DNA of 20,839 bases from Verrucomicrobiales bacterium (GTDB lineage Bacteria > Verrucomicrobiota > Verrucomicrobiia > Methylacidiphilales > JAAUTS01), in NCBI GenBank assembly GCA_031265105.1, contig JAISDC010000082.1, positions 1 through 20,839 on the forward strand, read 5' to 3'. The position numbers were made by a program, and so were the translations under genes. Of this stretch, positions 9,767-18,140 are shown piece by piece. Position 1 is the first letter of the stretch. Each line of letters opens with the position of its first letter. Below the pieces are notes generated by a model. That model was not told the DNA's origin and ran no database searches. It saw only the letters and a list, made by a program, of their open reading frames with translations.

Positions 9767-11251
9767 TCACTGCTCCATGCTGGACAATTGCGCCAGCTTC
9801 ACGCGCAGCCGGAACCACAGGCTGCCCGCGTCATACCGGTTCAGGTCCTCGGCGTCAGCGGCGGCGAAATCCGCCGCGAGCATCCGCTCAACGTCAGCGG
9901 CGAAGGCACGGTCGTTGATGACGGCGGCCAGTTCGAAGTTCAGCATGAACGAGCGGTAGTCCGCGTTCACCGAGCCGATGATCGCCAGGTCATCGTCCGC
10001 AAGCAACACCTTCTGGTGCATGAAGCCGGGGCGGTAGCGGTAAATTTGCACGCCCGCGTCGCGCATGGCCGGATAATACGAGAACGACGACCACCACGGC
10101 AGCCAGTGGTCGGGCCGCGCCGGCAGCAGAATCCGCACCTCCACGCCGCGCAAGGCCGCCTGGGTCAGCGCCTGCCGCAGCACCGAGTCCGGCACGAAGT
10201 ACGGGCTGGCCAGCCACAGCCGGCGCCGGGCCGCCTGGATGATGGTGTCGTACACCGGCTGGCAGATGTTGCACGGGTCGGCCGGGCCGCTGGCGAAGAC
10301 GATGGCGGGGAGGGATGATTGATTATTTGTCGGTGGCTCAACCGCGGCGTCAGTGTCACCGTCAGCGGCAGTATTCAAATAATCAATAGAAAATAATCCA
10401 TTATCAATGCCCTCCGCATACCGCCAGTCCTCCGCGAAGTTCACCCGCAACGCGCGGATGGCCGGGCCGCGCAACTCCAGGTGCGTGTCGCGCCACGAGT
10501 CGAAGCGCGCGCCGCCGGTGAGGTACTCGTCCGCGGCATTCAGCCCGCCGAGGAACGCCACCGCGTCGTCCACCAACACCAGCTTGCGGTGGTTGCGGAA
10601 ATTGATTTGAAACCGCATCCCGACGCGGCGGTTGGTGACGAACCCGCTGACCTGCACGCCCGCGCGCCGCAGCGCGGCGAGGTAGCCGACGGTCATGTGT
10701 TTCGAGCCGATGCCGTCGTACAGCACCCAAGTCTTCACCCCGCGGGCGGCGGCGGCGATGAGCGCGTCCTTCAGCCGGTTGCCGAGCGCGTCGTCGCTGA
10801 TGATGAAGAACTGCACCGCCACCGTGCGGCGGGCGCGCCCGATGGCGTCCAGCATGGCGGCAAACGCGGCCTGGCCGTTGACCAGTAGCCGCGCCGTGTT
10901 GCCGCCGGTGGCCGGCAACCCGCGCAAGCGTTCCAGCAGCCGCGGCACATCGGCGTATTTCTCGGCAAAGTCAACGCGGGCCGCTGACATGGAGTGTTGC
11001 GCGGCGGCGAGGAGTCGCGCGAGGTCGCGGTCGGCGCCGTGGTCGGCGCGGAGGTAGCCGGAGAAGCGGGACTCGCCGAACACCAGGAACAGCGGGATGG
11101 CGACGAGGGGCAGAAAAAACAGCGCCAGGCCCCAGCCCACCGCCGCCTGCGGGGTGCGCGCGATGAACAGCGCCTTGGGAATCAGCAGCCAGCCGGTGAT
11201 TTGCACCACCGCCAGCAGCAGTGTTGGCACCCAATGCCAGTAAGTTTCCAT
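9767..11251 (-). CDS. cls: cardiolipin synthase (phospholipase D superfamily, two HKD motifs)
   Basis: Two N-terminal TM helices, then HRKLVLVDD and MHQKVLLADD...GSVNADYRS, which are HxK-x4-D motifs. Length 494 aa, as for ClsA. Confidence 0.85.
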   Translation of the reverse strand: METYWHWVPTLLLAVVQITGWLLIPKALFIARTPQAAVGWGLALFFLPLVAIPLFLVFGESRFSGYLRADHGADRDLARLLAAAQHSMSAARVDFAEKYADVPRLLERLRGLPATGGNTARLLVNGQAAFAAMLDAIGRARRTVAVQFFIISDDALGNRLKDALIAAAARGVKTWVLYDGIGSKHMTVGYLAALRRAGVQVSGFVTNRRVGMRFQINFRNHRKLVLVDDAVAFLGGLNAADEYLTGGARFDSWRDTHLELRGPAIRALRVNFAEDWRYAEGIDNGLFSIDYLNTAADGDTDAAVEPPTNNQSSLPAIVFASGPADPCNICQPVYDTIIQAARRRLWLASPYFVPDSVLRQALTQAALRGVEVRILLPARPDHWLPWWSSFSYYPAMRDAGVQIYRYRPGFMHQKVLLADDDLAIIGSVNADYRSFMLNFELAAVINDRAFAADVERMLAADFAAADAEDLNRYDAGSLWFRLRVKLAQLSSMEQ

Positions 11252-11313
11252 GCCGCCAGCCTAGCCGCTGACCGTGCCAAAGTCAGGCGGAATCGACGGC
11301 TTGGGTAATGCTG

Positions 11314-11394
11314 TTTTTTTACCACAAAGACACCAAGAATGAGCCGCCTTAACGCAAAGGGACCAAGGTGTAAAGGCGCAAAGGATTTTTTATA
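11314..11394. repeat. small intergenic repeat elements: one family A copy (TTTTTTTACCACAAAGACACCAAGAATGAG) abutting one family B copy (reverse-complement orientation: TTAACGCAAAGGGACCAAGGTGTAAAGGCGCAAAGGATTTTTTAT)
   Basis: Family A matches 8374-8406. Family B matches 18203-18245 and is partially present at 12533-12553. Confidence 0.55.
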
Positions 11395-11485
11395 GGGAGA
11401 GCATGGAGTTCATGGAGGTTTTTAAAAAAATAATCTCCCTGTTAAAAATTTCTTGGTTCCTTGGTGTTAATGAAGCTCCCGCCGG

Positions 11486-12445
11486 TCAGTTTGACCGGAT
11501 GAAGCTCGCGACTTTCTTCCCGACCAGTTCGCCCGCTTCGACGCGTAATTGGTCCAATTCGACGGTCGCGTCGCCGTGGTAGTTCTTCAACACGTCCGCC
11601 CACGCTTGCAGGCACAGGGCGGCGGTGAGGCGGTTGATGTCCAGCTTCCGGTCCTTCGCGATTTTTTGCAGGGCGCGGTATTGGTTGAAGGTGATGCCGG
11701 CGGGGCTGGGCGGGTAAATGTAGTAGTTGCCGGCGAACATCGCGGTGTTCGGCGCGTCGAGCAATTTTTGCTCCACCGCCGCCAGCTCGCCGTCGTCGAA
11801 ACCGAACGCGCGCAGGACGCCCTTCGCCATCAGCAGGTTGCCTTCCGGGTTCATGTGTACCCCGTCGGCGGTGAGGTAGCGCGGGCCGGGCGGCAGCGGC
11901 TTCAAGTATGCCCAGAAGTCGGCGCTGAGATCGGCCAGCGGCAGGTTTTTCTCCTTGGCCAGCGCGCGCAGAAAGTCGTTGTAGGCGGCGAGTTGCTGGT
12001 TGTTCGGGTTGTCAACTTCCTGAATCGGGGTAGCGGTGAGCAGCATGACTTTCACGCCGGCTTTGGTGGCCCGCTCGACGATGGCGGTGATGTTTTCCTG
12101 GTATTGCGGCAGTTCGACGCCGTTGGCGCCGTGCCAGACGTCGTTGACGCCGCAACTGAGCGTCATCCAGGTGGGCTTTTTCGCCAGCACGTCGCGCTCC
12201 AGTCGCTCCAGCATGTTGTTGGATTTGTGGCCGCCGATGCCCGCCGGGTAGGGGGTGACCTTGATGCCCGCCAGGGCCAGGCCGTCCACCACCAGATGCA
12301 CGTAGCCGCCGGTGTTGCCCCAGCCCTGCTGGGTGATGGAGTCGCCGAGGAAGGCGACGCTGTCGCCGTTTTTGATGAGCGGTTCCGCGTTGACGCTGAC
12401 GGTGGCCAGCAACGCGACGATTAACGAGGAGATGAAGGTTCTCAT
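11486..12445 (-). CDS. secreted SGNH/GDSL-family hydrolase (lipase/esterase-like), 319 aa
   Basis: Signal peptide MRTFISSLIVALLATVSVNA. GDS block (AFLGDSITQQGW) near the N-terminus. DGVH catalytic block near the C-terminus (ADGVHMNPEGN). The stop codon is embedded in the palindrome CCGGTCAgttTGACCGG (11478-11494). Confidence 0.75.
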   Translation of the reverse strand: MRTFISSLIVALLATVSVNAEPLIKNGDSVAFLGDSITQQGWGNTGGYVHLVVDGLALAGIKVTPYPAGIGGHKSNNMLERLERDVLAKKPTWMTLSCGVNDVWHGANGVELPQYQENITAIVERATKAGVKVMLLTATPIQEVDNPNNQQLAAYNDFLRALAKEKNLPLADLSADFWAYLKPLPPGPRYLTADGVHMNPEGNLLMAKGVLRAFGFDDGELAAVEQKLLDAPNTAMFAGNYYIYPPSPAGITFNQYRALQKIAKDRKLDINRLTAALCLQAWADVLKNYHGDATVELDQLRVEAGELVGKKVASFIRSN

Positions 12446-12632
12446 AGGCCCGGCATTGTGCCTCCCCGCGCGCGCGGTGTAAATGCCATAAATTCACGCG
12501 GTTGGCGCCGCCAGCCACGAATTTTAGTTAACAAAAAATCCTTCGCGCCTTGCTGCCTGCTTCGCAGGGGAATCAGAAGCGGCGTGCATTTGCCGCTTTA
12601 GTTGTTGCGTCTTCGTGGTCGGAGTTGCCCGG

Positions 12633-13856
12633 TCAACCGCACCGCGCCCCGTCCACCATGAACAACGCCGGCTTGCCCCGCGCGGCGGTCACCGCCAGAT
12701 ACGGATCCGTCCGCTCCGGCAGCGGGAACGCCACCAGGTCCGCCAGCGCGCCGCCGGCGATGACGCCCAGGACGCCCGCCTGGCCGAGTTGCGCGGCGGG
12801 CACGGTGGTCACCATGCGCAACCCTTCCTCGGCGCTGACGGCGGGGTGGGCGCGGCAGAACGCGCGCACCTCCGCGCGCAGATCCAGCACGTCGTTGCTC
12901 GCCAAACTGTCGGTGCCCAGCGACACGCTGCAACCGGCCGCGCGCAGGCGCTCGTACGGGAACCGCGCGCGGCCGAAGTAGGCGTGGCAGCGCGGGCAAT
13001 GCACCACCGGCAGCGGTTGCCGGCGCAGCAGCAGTTCATCGCGCGCCGACACGTGGTTCAAGTGCGCCACCAGGCATTGCGCGTCCAGCAGCCCGTCCGC
13101 CAGCAGGCGGGCCAGCGCGGAGTCCTGCCCGCAATCGCCCATGTCGCGGCCCGCGCCCCGGAAAAACTCGAACAGCGCGCCCCGCCGGTGCGCGAACATC
13201 TCTTGCTCCTCGTCGGACTCCGCGACGTGCGTGGTCAGCAACAGCCCCTCGCGCCGCGCCAGGCGCAGCGCGCGCCGGTATAACCACGCGCTGGCGGTGT
13301 ACGGCGCGTGCGGGCTGAGGCCGCCGCCGCCCGGCCACGCGCGGCTGCGCGCGAAGAACTCCAGCGCCAGCGTCAGCGCCTCGTCCGCCGCCGCCCGCGA
13401 GCGCGCGTCAATCAACTCGACGCACCACCACGTCCGCAACGGCGGGCGCGGCAGCAACGGCAGCACTTCGGGAAACGCCGCGATGTTGCACACCGTCGTG
13501 CAGCCGCTGTCGGCGAGTAATTGGAACCCGCGCGCGATGGCGGCCAGCCAGTCGCTGACGGTGAAGCTGCGCTTGAGGGTGTTGATGCGTTTTATCCACT
13601 CGGTGAACGGCAGCCCCGGCGGAATCGCGCCCTGGAGATTGGTGTAATCCAAATGGCAGTGCGCGTTAATCAACCCCGGCAGCAACACGCACCCCGGCAA
13701 GTCCAGCACCGTTTCGCCCGCCGCCGGCGTCAACCCCGCGCCGACCGCCGCGATGCGGTTGCCGCTGACCCTGACCGCCGCGCCCGCCAGCGGCGGCCCG
13801 GTCATCGTCAGCGTCATGGCGGGGCGGATGAGCATGGCCGTAATGCGCTCGCGCAT
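12633..13856 (-). CDS. metal-dependent amidohydrolase of the TRZ/ATZ, SsnA/MtaD-like deaminase family
   Basis: HxH metal-binding motif (LINAHCHLDYT). Downstream His/Asp ligands (TTHVAES, LVAHLNH, SLGTDS). Its start overlaps the def stop by 1 nt (TGATG). Confidence 0.7.
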   Translation of the reverse strand: MRERITAMLIRPAMTLTMTGPPLAGAAVRVSGNRIAAVGAGLTPAAGETVLDLPGCVLLPGLINAHCHLDYTNLQGAIPPGLPFTEWIKRINTLKRSFTVSDWLAAIARGFQLLADSGCTTVCNIAAFPEVLPLLPRPPLRTWWCVELIDARSRAAADEALTLALEFFARSRAWPGGGGLSPHAPYTASAWLYRRALRLARREGLLLTTHVAESDEEQEMFAHRRGALFEFFRGAGRDMGDCGQDSALARLLADGLLDAQCLVAHLNHVSARDELLLRRQPLPVVHCPRCHAYFGRARFPYERLRAAGCSVSLGTDSLASNDVLDLRAEVRAFCRAHPAVSAEEGLRMVTTVPAAQLGQAGVLGVIAGGALADLVAFPLPERTDPYLAVTAARGKPALFMVDGARCG

Positions 13857-14407
13857 CAGCGCGGCTGCGCGCGCAAACCGGCGAGTTTGTCCTTCAACTG
13901 CTCGCGCTCGGCGGCGCTCAGTTTGTCGATGAACAGCACGCCGTGCAAGTGGTCGAACTCATGCTGCACCGCGCGCCCCAGCAAGCCGCCCGCCTCAAAC
14001 TCGCGCGGTTGCAAATCCAGGTCCTGGTACCGCACCTTGACGCGGAAGCCGCGGTTGAGGTCGATGTTGATGCCGGGGAAGCTCAGGCAACCCTCGTTGT
14101 CGAGTTCCTTTTTCTTGGTGATTTCGATGTGCGGATTGATGAGCGTCAGCGGCATGATGCTTTGCACATCGGCCTCCTTGCCGTCCAGCCACAGGCGCGA
14201 CTTGCGCTTCGAGTCGGCGGGAATGTCAATCACCGCCAGTTGCAGCGCGCGCCCGACCTGCTGCGCCGCCAGCCCGACGCCCTCGGCTTTGCGCATCGTG
14301 TCGAGCATGTCCCGCGCGAGTTGGCGCAATTCCGGGGTTACTTTGCCGACCGTCGCGCCCCGCTGCCGCAGCACCGGGTCGCCGTATTTCACTATGGGTA
14401 AAATCAT
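13856..14407 (-). CDS. def: peptide deformylase
   Basis: Motif 1 GVGLAAQQVG, motif 2 EGCLSFPG, motif 3 QHEFDHLHG (HExxH). The ORF-track start at 14449 is a TTG. I prefer ATG 14407 (MILPIVKYGDPVL...), which matches Def N-termini. Confidence 0.85.
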   Translation of the reverse strand: MILPIVKYGDPVLRQRGATVGKVTPELRQLARDMLDTMRKAEGVGLAAQQVGRALQLAVIDIPADSKRKSRLWLDGKEADVQSIMPLTLINPHIEITKKKELDNEGCLSFPGINIDLNRGFRVKVRYQDLDLQPREFEAGGLLGRAVQHEFDHLHGVLFIDKLSAAEREQLKDKLAGLRAQPR

Positions 14408-14454
14408 AAATGCGCAGCCAGCATACAATATCACCGCGCGTGTTGCCAACAGGC

Positions 14455-15927
14455 TTATTGCTGTCCGCTGGCCGGGGGCGCTGACGGTGCCGGCGCGGGT
14501 TGCGCGGGCGGCGCCGGTTCAGCGTCAGCGGCGGGGGTGCCGAGGACGGACGGGAGTTTGAGGCCGACGTTGTTGAGCAATTCGTGCAGCGGCGGCAGCG
14601 CCGTCGCCAGCTTGTTCAAAAAGTTCGCGGTGCTGGTGCCGCCGTTCGCGCCGCCGTTGTCCCAGACGACGACTTTGTCGAATTTGATGTTCTTGATCGC
14701 CTCGGTTTGCGCGCCGACGAGCACGGGCATTTGTTCGACCAGCAGCAGATTGATTGCCAGCGCCGGGTTCGCGCCGGCGGCTTTGGTCAGGCGCTCGAAG
14801 CCCTCGGCGCGGCCGTTCAGCGCGGCCTTGATGCCGTCGGCCTCGGCGAGGCGCAGTTGCCGCAAGCCGTCGGCCTCCGCGGTTTTGACGGCGAGCAAGC
14901 CGTCGGCCTCGCCCTGCTTGGTTTTGCGCACGGCGTCGGCGGCGCCCTCGGCGGTTTTCACGCGCACGGCGGCGTCCGCCTCGGCCTGGATGACTTGCTG
15001 CGATTTGGTCTGGCGCGCCGGCACCAGCACGTCGGCCTCGTACGTCGCCTCGGTCACGCGGGCGCGCGCCATCTCGGCCTCCTGTTTGGCGAGCGCGGAG
15101 TTTTTCGCGGTCAGCGCGACGGCGACTTGCTCGGCGGTCTCGGCGAGTTTGCGCGCCTCGGCCTCGCGCGTGCGCCGCGCGGCGTCACTGTCAGCGATGG
15201 CGACCAGCGAGGTGTTCTCGCCCTGCCGCGTCTCGGCTTGCAGCGCGGCGACGGTCACGGCCTGCTCCATGCGCGCGCGGGCGGCGCCGACCGCGCCGTC
15301 GCGGTCCGCCTCGGCGACGCGGATGCTGGCGGTGTTGATGCGCTCGGCGGCGACTTCCTTGCCCAGCGAGTCGATGTAGCCGACGTCGTCGGTGATGTCG
15401 CGGATGTTGACGTTAATGAGGCGCAGGCCGATTTTTTCCAACTCGACGGAAATGGAGTCGCGCACGCTGACCAGCAGTTTGTCACGGTCAGCGTTGATTT
15501 CCTCAATCGAGAGCGAGGCGATGACCTGGCGCATCTGGCCGGTGATGATGTCGAGCGCGCTGGACATGATTTGCGGCAGCGTGAGGCCGAGCAGGCGCTC
15601 CGCGGCGTTCTGCATGATTTCCGGCTCGGTGGACAGGCCGATCATGAACGTGCTCGGCACGTCCACGCGGATTTTTTGCAACGACAGCGCGTCCTCCAGG
15701 TTGACCTCGACGCTGACGGGGCGCAAGTCCATGTATTGATAACCTTGGATGACCGGCCACACAAACGAGCCGCCGCCGTGGATGCAGCGCGCGCCGCGGC
15801 CGCCGGCGACTTTGCCGTAGATGACGAGGATGCGGTCGGACGGGCATTTTTTGTAGCACTTCAACAGTGACAGCATGGTCACGAAAAACAACAGTGCGAC
15901 GGCGATGATGGCGATGGCGAATGACAT
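14455..15927 (-). CDS. flotillin-like SPFH/band-7 protein (YqiK/FloT-like)
   Basis: N-terminal TM segment, SPFH core, and a long Ala/Glu-rich coiled coil (AEAEARKLAETAEQ...AEADGLRQLRLAEADGI). AAGGAA Shine-Dalgarno sequence 7 nt upstream of the ATG. Confidence 0.85.
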   Translation of the reverse strand: MSFAIAIIAVALLFFVTMLSLLKCYKKCPSDRILVIYGKVAGGRGARCIHGGGSFVWPVIQGYQYMDLRPVSVEVNLEDALSLQKIRVDVPSTFMIGLSTEPEIMQNAAERLLGLTLPQIMSSALDIITGQMRQVIASLSIEEINADRDKLLVSVRDSISVELEKIGLRLINVNIRDITDDVGYIDSLGKEVAAERINTASIRVAEADRDGAVGAARARMEQAVTVAALQAETRQGENTSLVAIADSDAARRTREAEARKLAETAEQVAVALTAKNSALAKQEAEMARARVTEATYEADVLVPARQTKSQQVIQAEADAAVRVKTAEGAADAVRKTKQGEADGLLAVKTAEADGLRQLRLAEADGIKAALNGRAEGFERLTKAAGANPALAINLLLVEQMPVLVGAQTEAIKNIKFDKVVVWDNGGANGGTSTANFLNKLATALPPLHELLNNVGLKLPSVLGTPAADAEPAPPAQPAPAPSAPPASGQQ

Positions 15928-15981
15928 ATGGTTCCTTGGTTGGTTCGGTTGGTTGAGTTGATTGGGTTGGGGTAAAATTGC

Positions 15982-16554
15982 TTACTCACCGTCAGCGAGC
16001 GGCTCGACGGCGACGCCGGTGCCCTCCAGCCGCAGCACCCGCACCTCCGTGCCGAACGGCGCCGCGCGGTCGCTGACGTTGAACGCCTTGACGGAAACTT
16101 TGCGCCCGCCGCTGACGACGGTGATTTCACCCGCGCCCGCGCCGCGCGGCGGCAGCGGCAAATACACGGTGCCGCTGGCGCCGACAGTTTGCGTCAACTG
16201 GAACGTGCCGTCCTCCGCCAGCCGCGCGAACTGGCGCATCAGCCACACCAGCAGCGCCGCCAGCGCGAACCCGACCAGCGCCGCGAGCAGGGTCGCGGAC
16301 ACGGCGCCGAGGCCGAGTTGCAAACAGCACAAGCCGCCCCAGCCGCTGCCGGTGGCGAACGCGGTGATGGCCTTGAACGAAAACCAGTGTACGCCGGCGT
16401 CACCGTCAGCGTCGGGCGAGTCGAAATCACCGTCAGCGCCGAACAAAGCCATGCCGCCCTGGGCGACGAGCATGGCGGTGCCGAGGATGCCGAGCGTCCA
16501 AAAAATCCGCGCGGCCAGCTCCAGCCCGTCCCACCATTCGACGATAGCATTCAT
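15982..16554 (-). CDS. NfeD-family membrane protein (short YuaF-like form), partner of the downstream flotillin
   Basis: N-terminal hydrophobic helices and a C-terminal OB-fold-like block (GEITVVSGGRKVSVKAFNVSDRAAPFGTEVRVLRLEGTGVAVEPL). This is the conserved nfeD-SPFH operon arrangement. The ORF-track start 16593 is a TTG; I prefer ATG 16554 (MNAIVEWW...). Confidence 0.7.
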   Translation of the reverse strand: MNAIVEWWDGLELAARIFWTLGILGTAMLVAQGGMALFGADGDFDSPDADGDAGVHWFSFKAITAFATGSGWGGLCCLQLGLGAVSATLLAALVGFALAALLVWLMRQFARLAEDGTFQLTQTVGASGTVYLPLPPRGAGAGEITVVSGGRKVSVKAFNVSDRAAPFGTEVRVLRLEGTGVAVEPLADGE

Positions 16555-16676
16555 GCGGGGCCAAAGGTAACGCGCCGGCCCGCCGCCTAACAAGCAAAAT
16601 CAGCGCCAGGTGGAAATTTTCGGCGCCGCGGCGCGCTGCCTTTGCGGTCATTGCTTGCCGGCCCGCCTTTGGCAGT

Positions 16677-16717
16677 AAAAAAAAAAACTTGCGGTCATCC
16701 GGCTATTGTAATACAGT
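16677..16717 (+). promoter_or_regulatory. A11 homopolymer tract immediately upstream of a candidate promoter (TTGCGG - 17 - TACAGT) that reads toward the repeat/autotransporter locus
   Basis: A x11 at 16677-16687. TTGCGG at 16689-16694, a 17-nt spacer, TACAGT at 16712-16717. Confidence 0.25.
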
Positions 16718-16837
16718 CGCGCCCCGTTGCCGCAAACGGCTGATAGTGAAAGCTCCGCCAGCAGGGGGGCTTAAGCCAAAGCGGAAAAGCGGCAACTCCT
16801 TGAAGATGATTGACCTGGGCCATAACCGCAGGACGCC

Positions 16838-16894
16838 GCGCTCACGCGCTCACGCGCTCACGCGCTCACGCGCTCACGCGCTCACGCGCTCACG
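16838..16894. repeat. perfect octanucleotide tandem repeat (GCGCTCAC) x7
   Basis: Seven head-to-tail copies run from 16838 to 16893, preceded by a partial unit. They lie in the divergent intergenic region between nfeD and the 42-bp repeat locus. The unit length is not a multiple of 3. Confidence 0.9.
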
Positions 16895-17059
16895 CGCTCA
16901 CGGTATGACTCTTGCCCTGATTCCTTAATTTCCCCGCCAGTTTTTACCCTTTTCATTCCCCATGCGGTAACATTCCGGCAGGATGCCACCCCGTCACGAT
17001 TAGCGTCACCTCCCGCACGGTATCATACGATTCCTACCTGGCGAGAGCCGTTTCATGCA

Positions 17060-17377
17060 GTGCAGGAAGCGCATACTGCATTGCATGATTTGCCTCCTGC
17101 GGCGCGGGAACCGAATACTGCAACGCATGACGCGCATCCTGCAACGCAGGAGTCGAATACTGCACTGCATGATTCACCTCCTGCGGCGCGGGAACCGCAT
17201 ACTGCAACGCATGACGCGCATCCTGCAATGCAGGAGTCGAATACTGCGCCGCATGATTCACCTCCTGCGGTGCGGGAAGCGCATACTGCAACGCATGACA
17301 CACCTCCTGCCGAGCAGGATTACCCACTTTTGGCGGCTGTGTGGCCGCCATTAAACCAACCCCAAAGGAACCCATGA
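17060..17377 (+). CDS. possible 105-aa repeat protein (14-aa HD/P/T-rich repeats) encoded by the 42-bp array. Coding status and strand are uncertain.
   Basis: GTG start at 17060. Its TGA stop overlaps the ATG of the next gene (ATGA at 17374-17377), which suggests translational coupling. The unit length is a multiple of 3. A minus-strand alternative exists (ATG 17351 to stop 17034: MAATQPPKVGNPARQEV, then a 14-aa repeat alternating PAPQEVNHAAQYST / PALQDARHALQYAV). Neither candidate has a Shine-Dalgarno sequence. Confidence 0.25.
   Translation: MQEAHTALHDLPPAAREPNTATHDAHPATQESNTALHDSPPAAREPHTATHDAHPAMQESNTAPHDSPPAVREAHTATHDTPPAEQDYPLLAAVWPPLNQPQRNP
17073..17324. repeat. 42-bp tandem repeat array, about 6 units, with two alternating unit types forming an 84-bp higher-order repeat
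   Basis: Units start with ATACTGCA at 17073, 17115, 17157, 17199, 17241 and 17283. Odd units read ...GCATGATTYRCCTCCTGCGGYGCGGGAASCGM. Even units read ...AACGCATGACGCGCATCCTGCAAYGCAGGAGTCGA. Units contain short stem-loops such as CCTGCaacGCAGG. All six frames are open across the array. Confidence 0.9.
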
Positions 17378-18129
17378 ATAGAAACCAACATGCAGTCAGC
17401 AACATCAGCGTCAAAAAATACATCCACAAAACCTGGGACGGTATTGACGACTTCTTCACCCAATACGGCGACAACCTCGTCAACGTCCAGACCAAAACCG
17501 ACCCCGGTCTCGCCGACGCCGACATCGCCAATGTCAAGGAAACCACCGCCGCCTACGGCAAATTGAACCAAGCCATTGACGAAGTGGAAAGACTCCTCGC
17601 CGCCCTGCGCGCCCTGCGCATCCAACTCCTCACCCAGCAAACTATGGACCCCGTCCGCGTCCCCCTCATCCAACCCCTCACCACCCTCCTTGCCGCCATC
17701 GAAGGCAAACGCGGCGGCTTGCTCTGGCAAGAAGACCGCCTCACCGACCGCATCTTCCGCAGCCCCAGATGCACCCAGGAAGACTACGAAATGCTCGGCA
17801 TCGTTTACAAACCCAACACTTCAGCCCCCATTGATAACCTCATCGGCAAACTCTACGCCGTGTTTGACGGCGGCAAAGTTCCGATCCATTGGACCCTCCC
17901 GCGCGGCTACCACAACGCCCGCCTCACCGCCAGCACCAACCACGGCGAATGGGTACTACTCTACGAAGGCAGCGAAAGCCACTTCATCGACGCGCGCCCC
18001 ATCCCCGCCATCTCCGAAATCCGCTCCTACAAACTCGAAATCATGGAAACCGGCAAACCCATCGGCAAACCCGCCATCGACAAAATCCTCGTCGGCCAAG
18101 ACATCTCCGTCGAAGAAACCAAACTCTAA
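17374..18129 (+). CDS. hypothetical protein, 251 aa. No domain recognised; no signal peptide.
   Basis: AAAGGAA Shine-Dalgarno sequence 4-5 nt upstream of ATG 17374. Protein-like composition (MNRNQHAVSNISVKKYIHKTWDGIDDFF...). Codon usage has more A/T-ending codons than the core genes and resembles the adjacent autotransporter. A long inverted-repeat terminator follows it. Confidence 0.6.
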   Translation: MNRNQHAVSNISVKKYIHKTWDGIDDFFTQYGDNLVNVQTKTDPGLADADIANVKETTAAYGKLNQAIDEVERLLAALRALRIQLLTQQTMDPVRVPLIQPLTTLLAAIEGKRGGLLWQEDRLTDRIFRSPRCTQEDYEMLGIVYKPNTSAPIDNLIGKLYAVFDGGKVPIHWTLPRGYHNARLTASTNHGEWVLLYEGSESHFIDARPIPAISEIRSYKLEIMETGKPIGKPAIDKILVGQDISVEETKL

Positions 18130-18140
18130 CTAGCCTCATT

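Noticed and set aside
14500-15870. 456-aa plus ORF antisense to flotillin, and 280-aa ORF 14537..15379
   Set aside because: Antisense or off-frame of the well-supported flotillin gene.
16689-16928. 79-aa ORF (…RSRAHALTRSRAHALT…)
   Set aside because: It is simply the translation of the 8-bp tandem repeat. It has no Shine-Dalgarno sequence and no protein-like context.
17073-17324. CRISPR array interpretation of the 42-bp repeats
   Set aside because: The alternating units are near-identical pairs rather than unique spacers. No leader and no cas genes are present. The periodicity is exactly 42 or 84 bp, i.e. codon-compatible.
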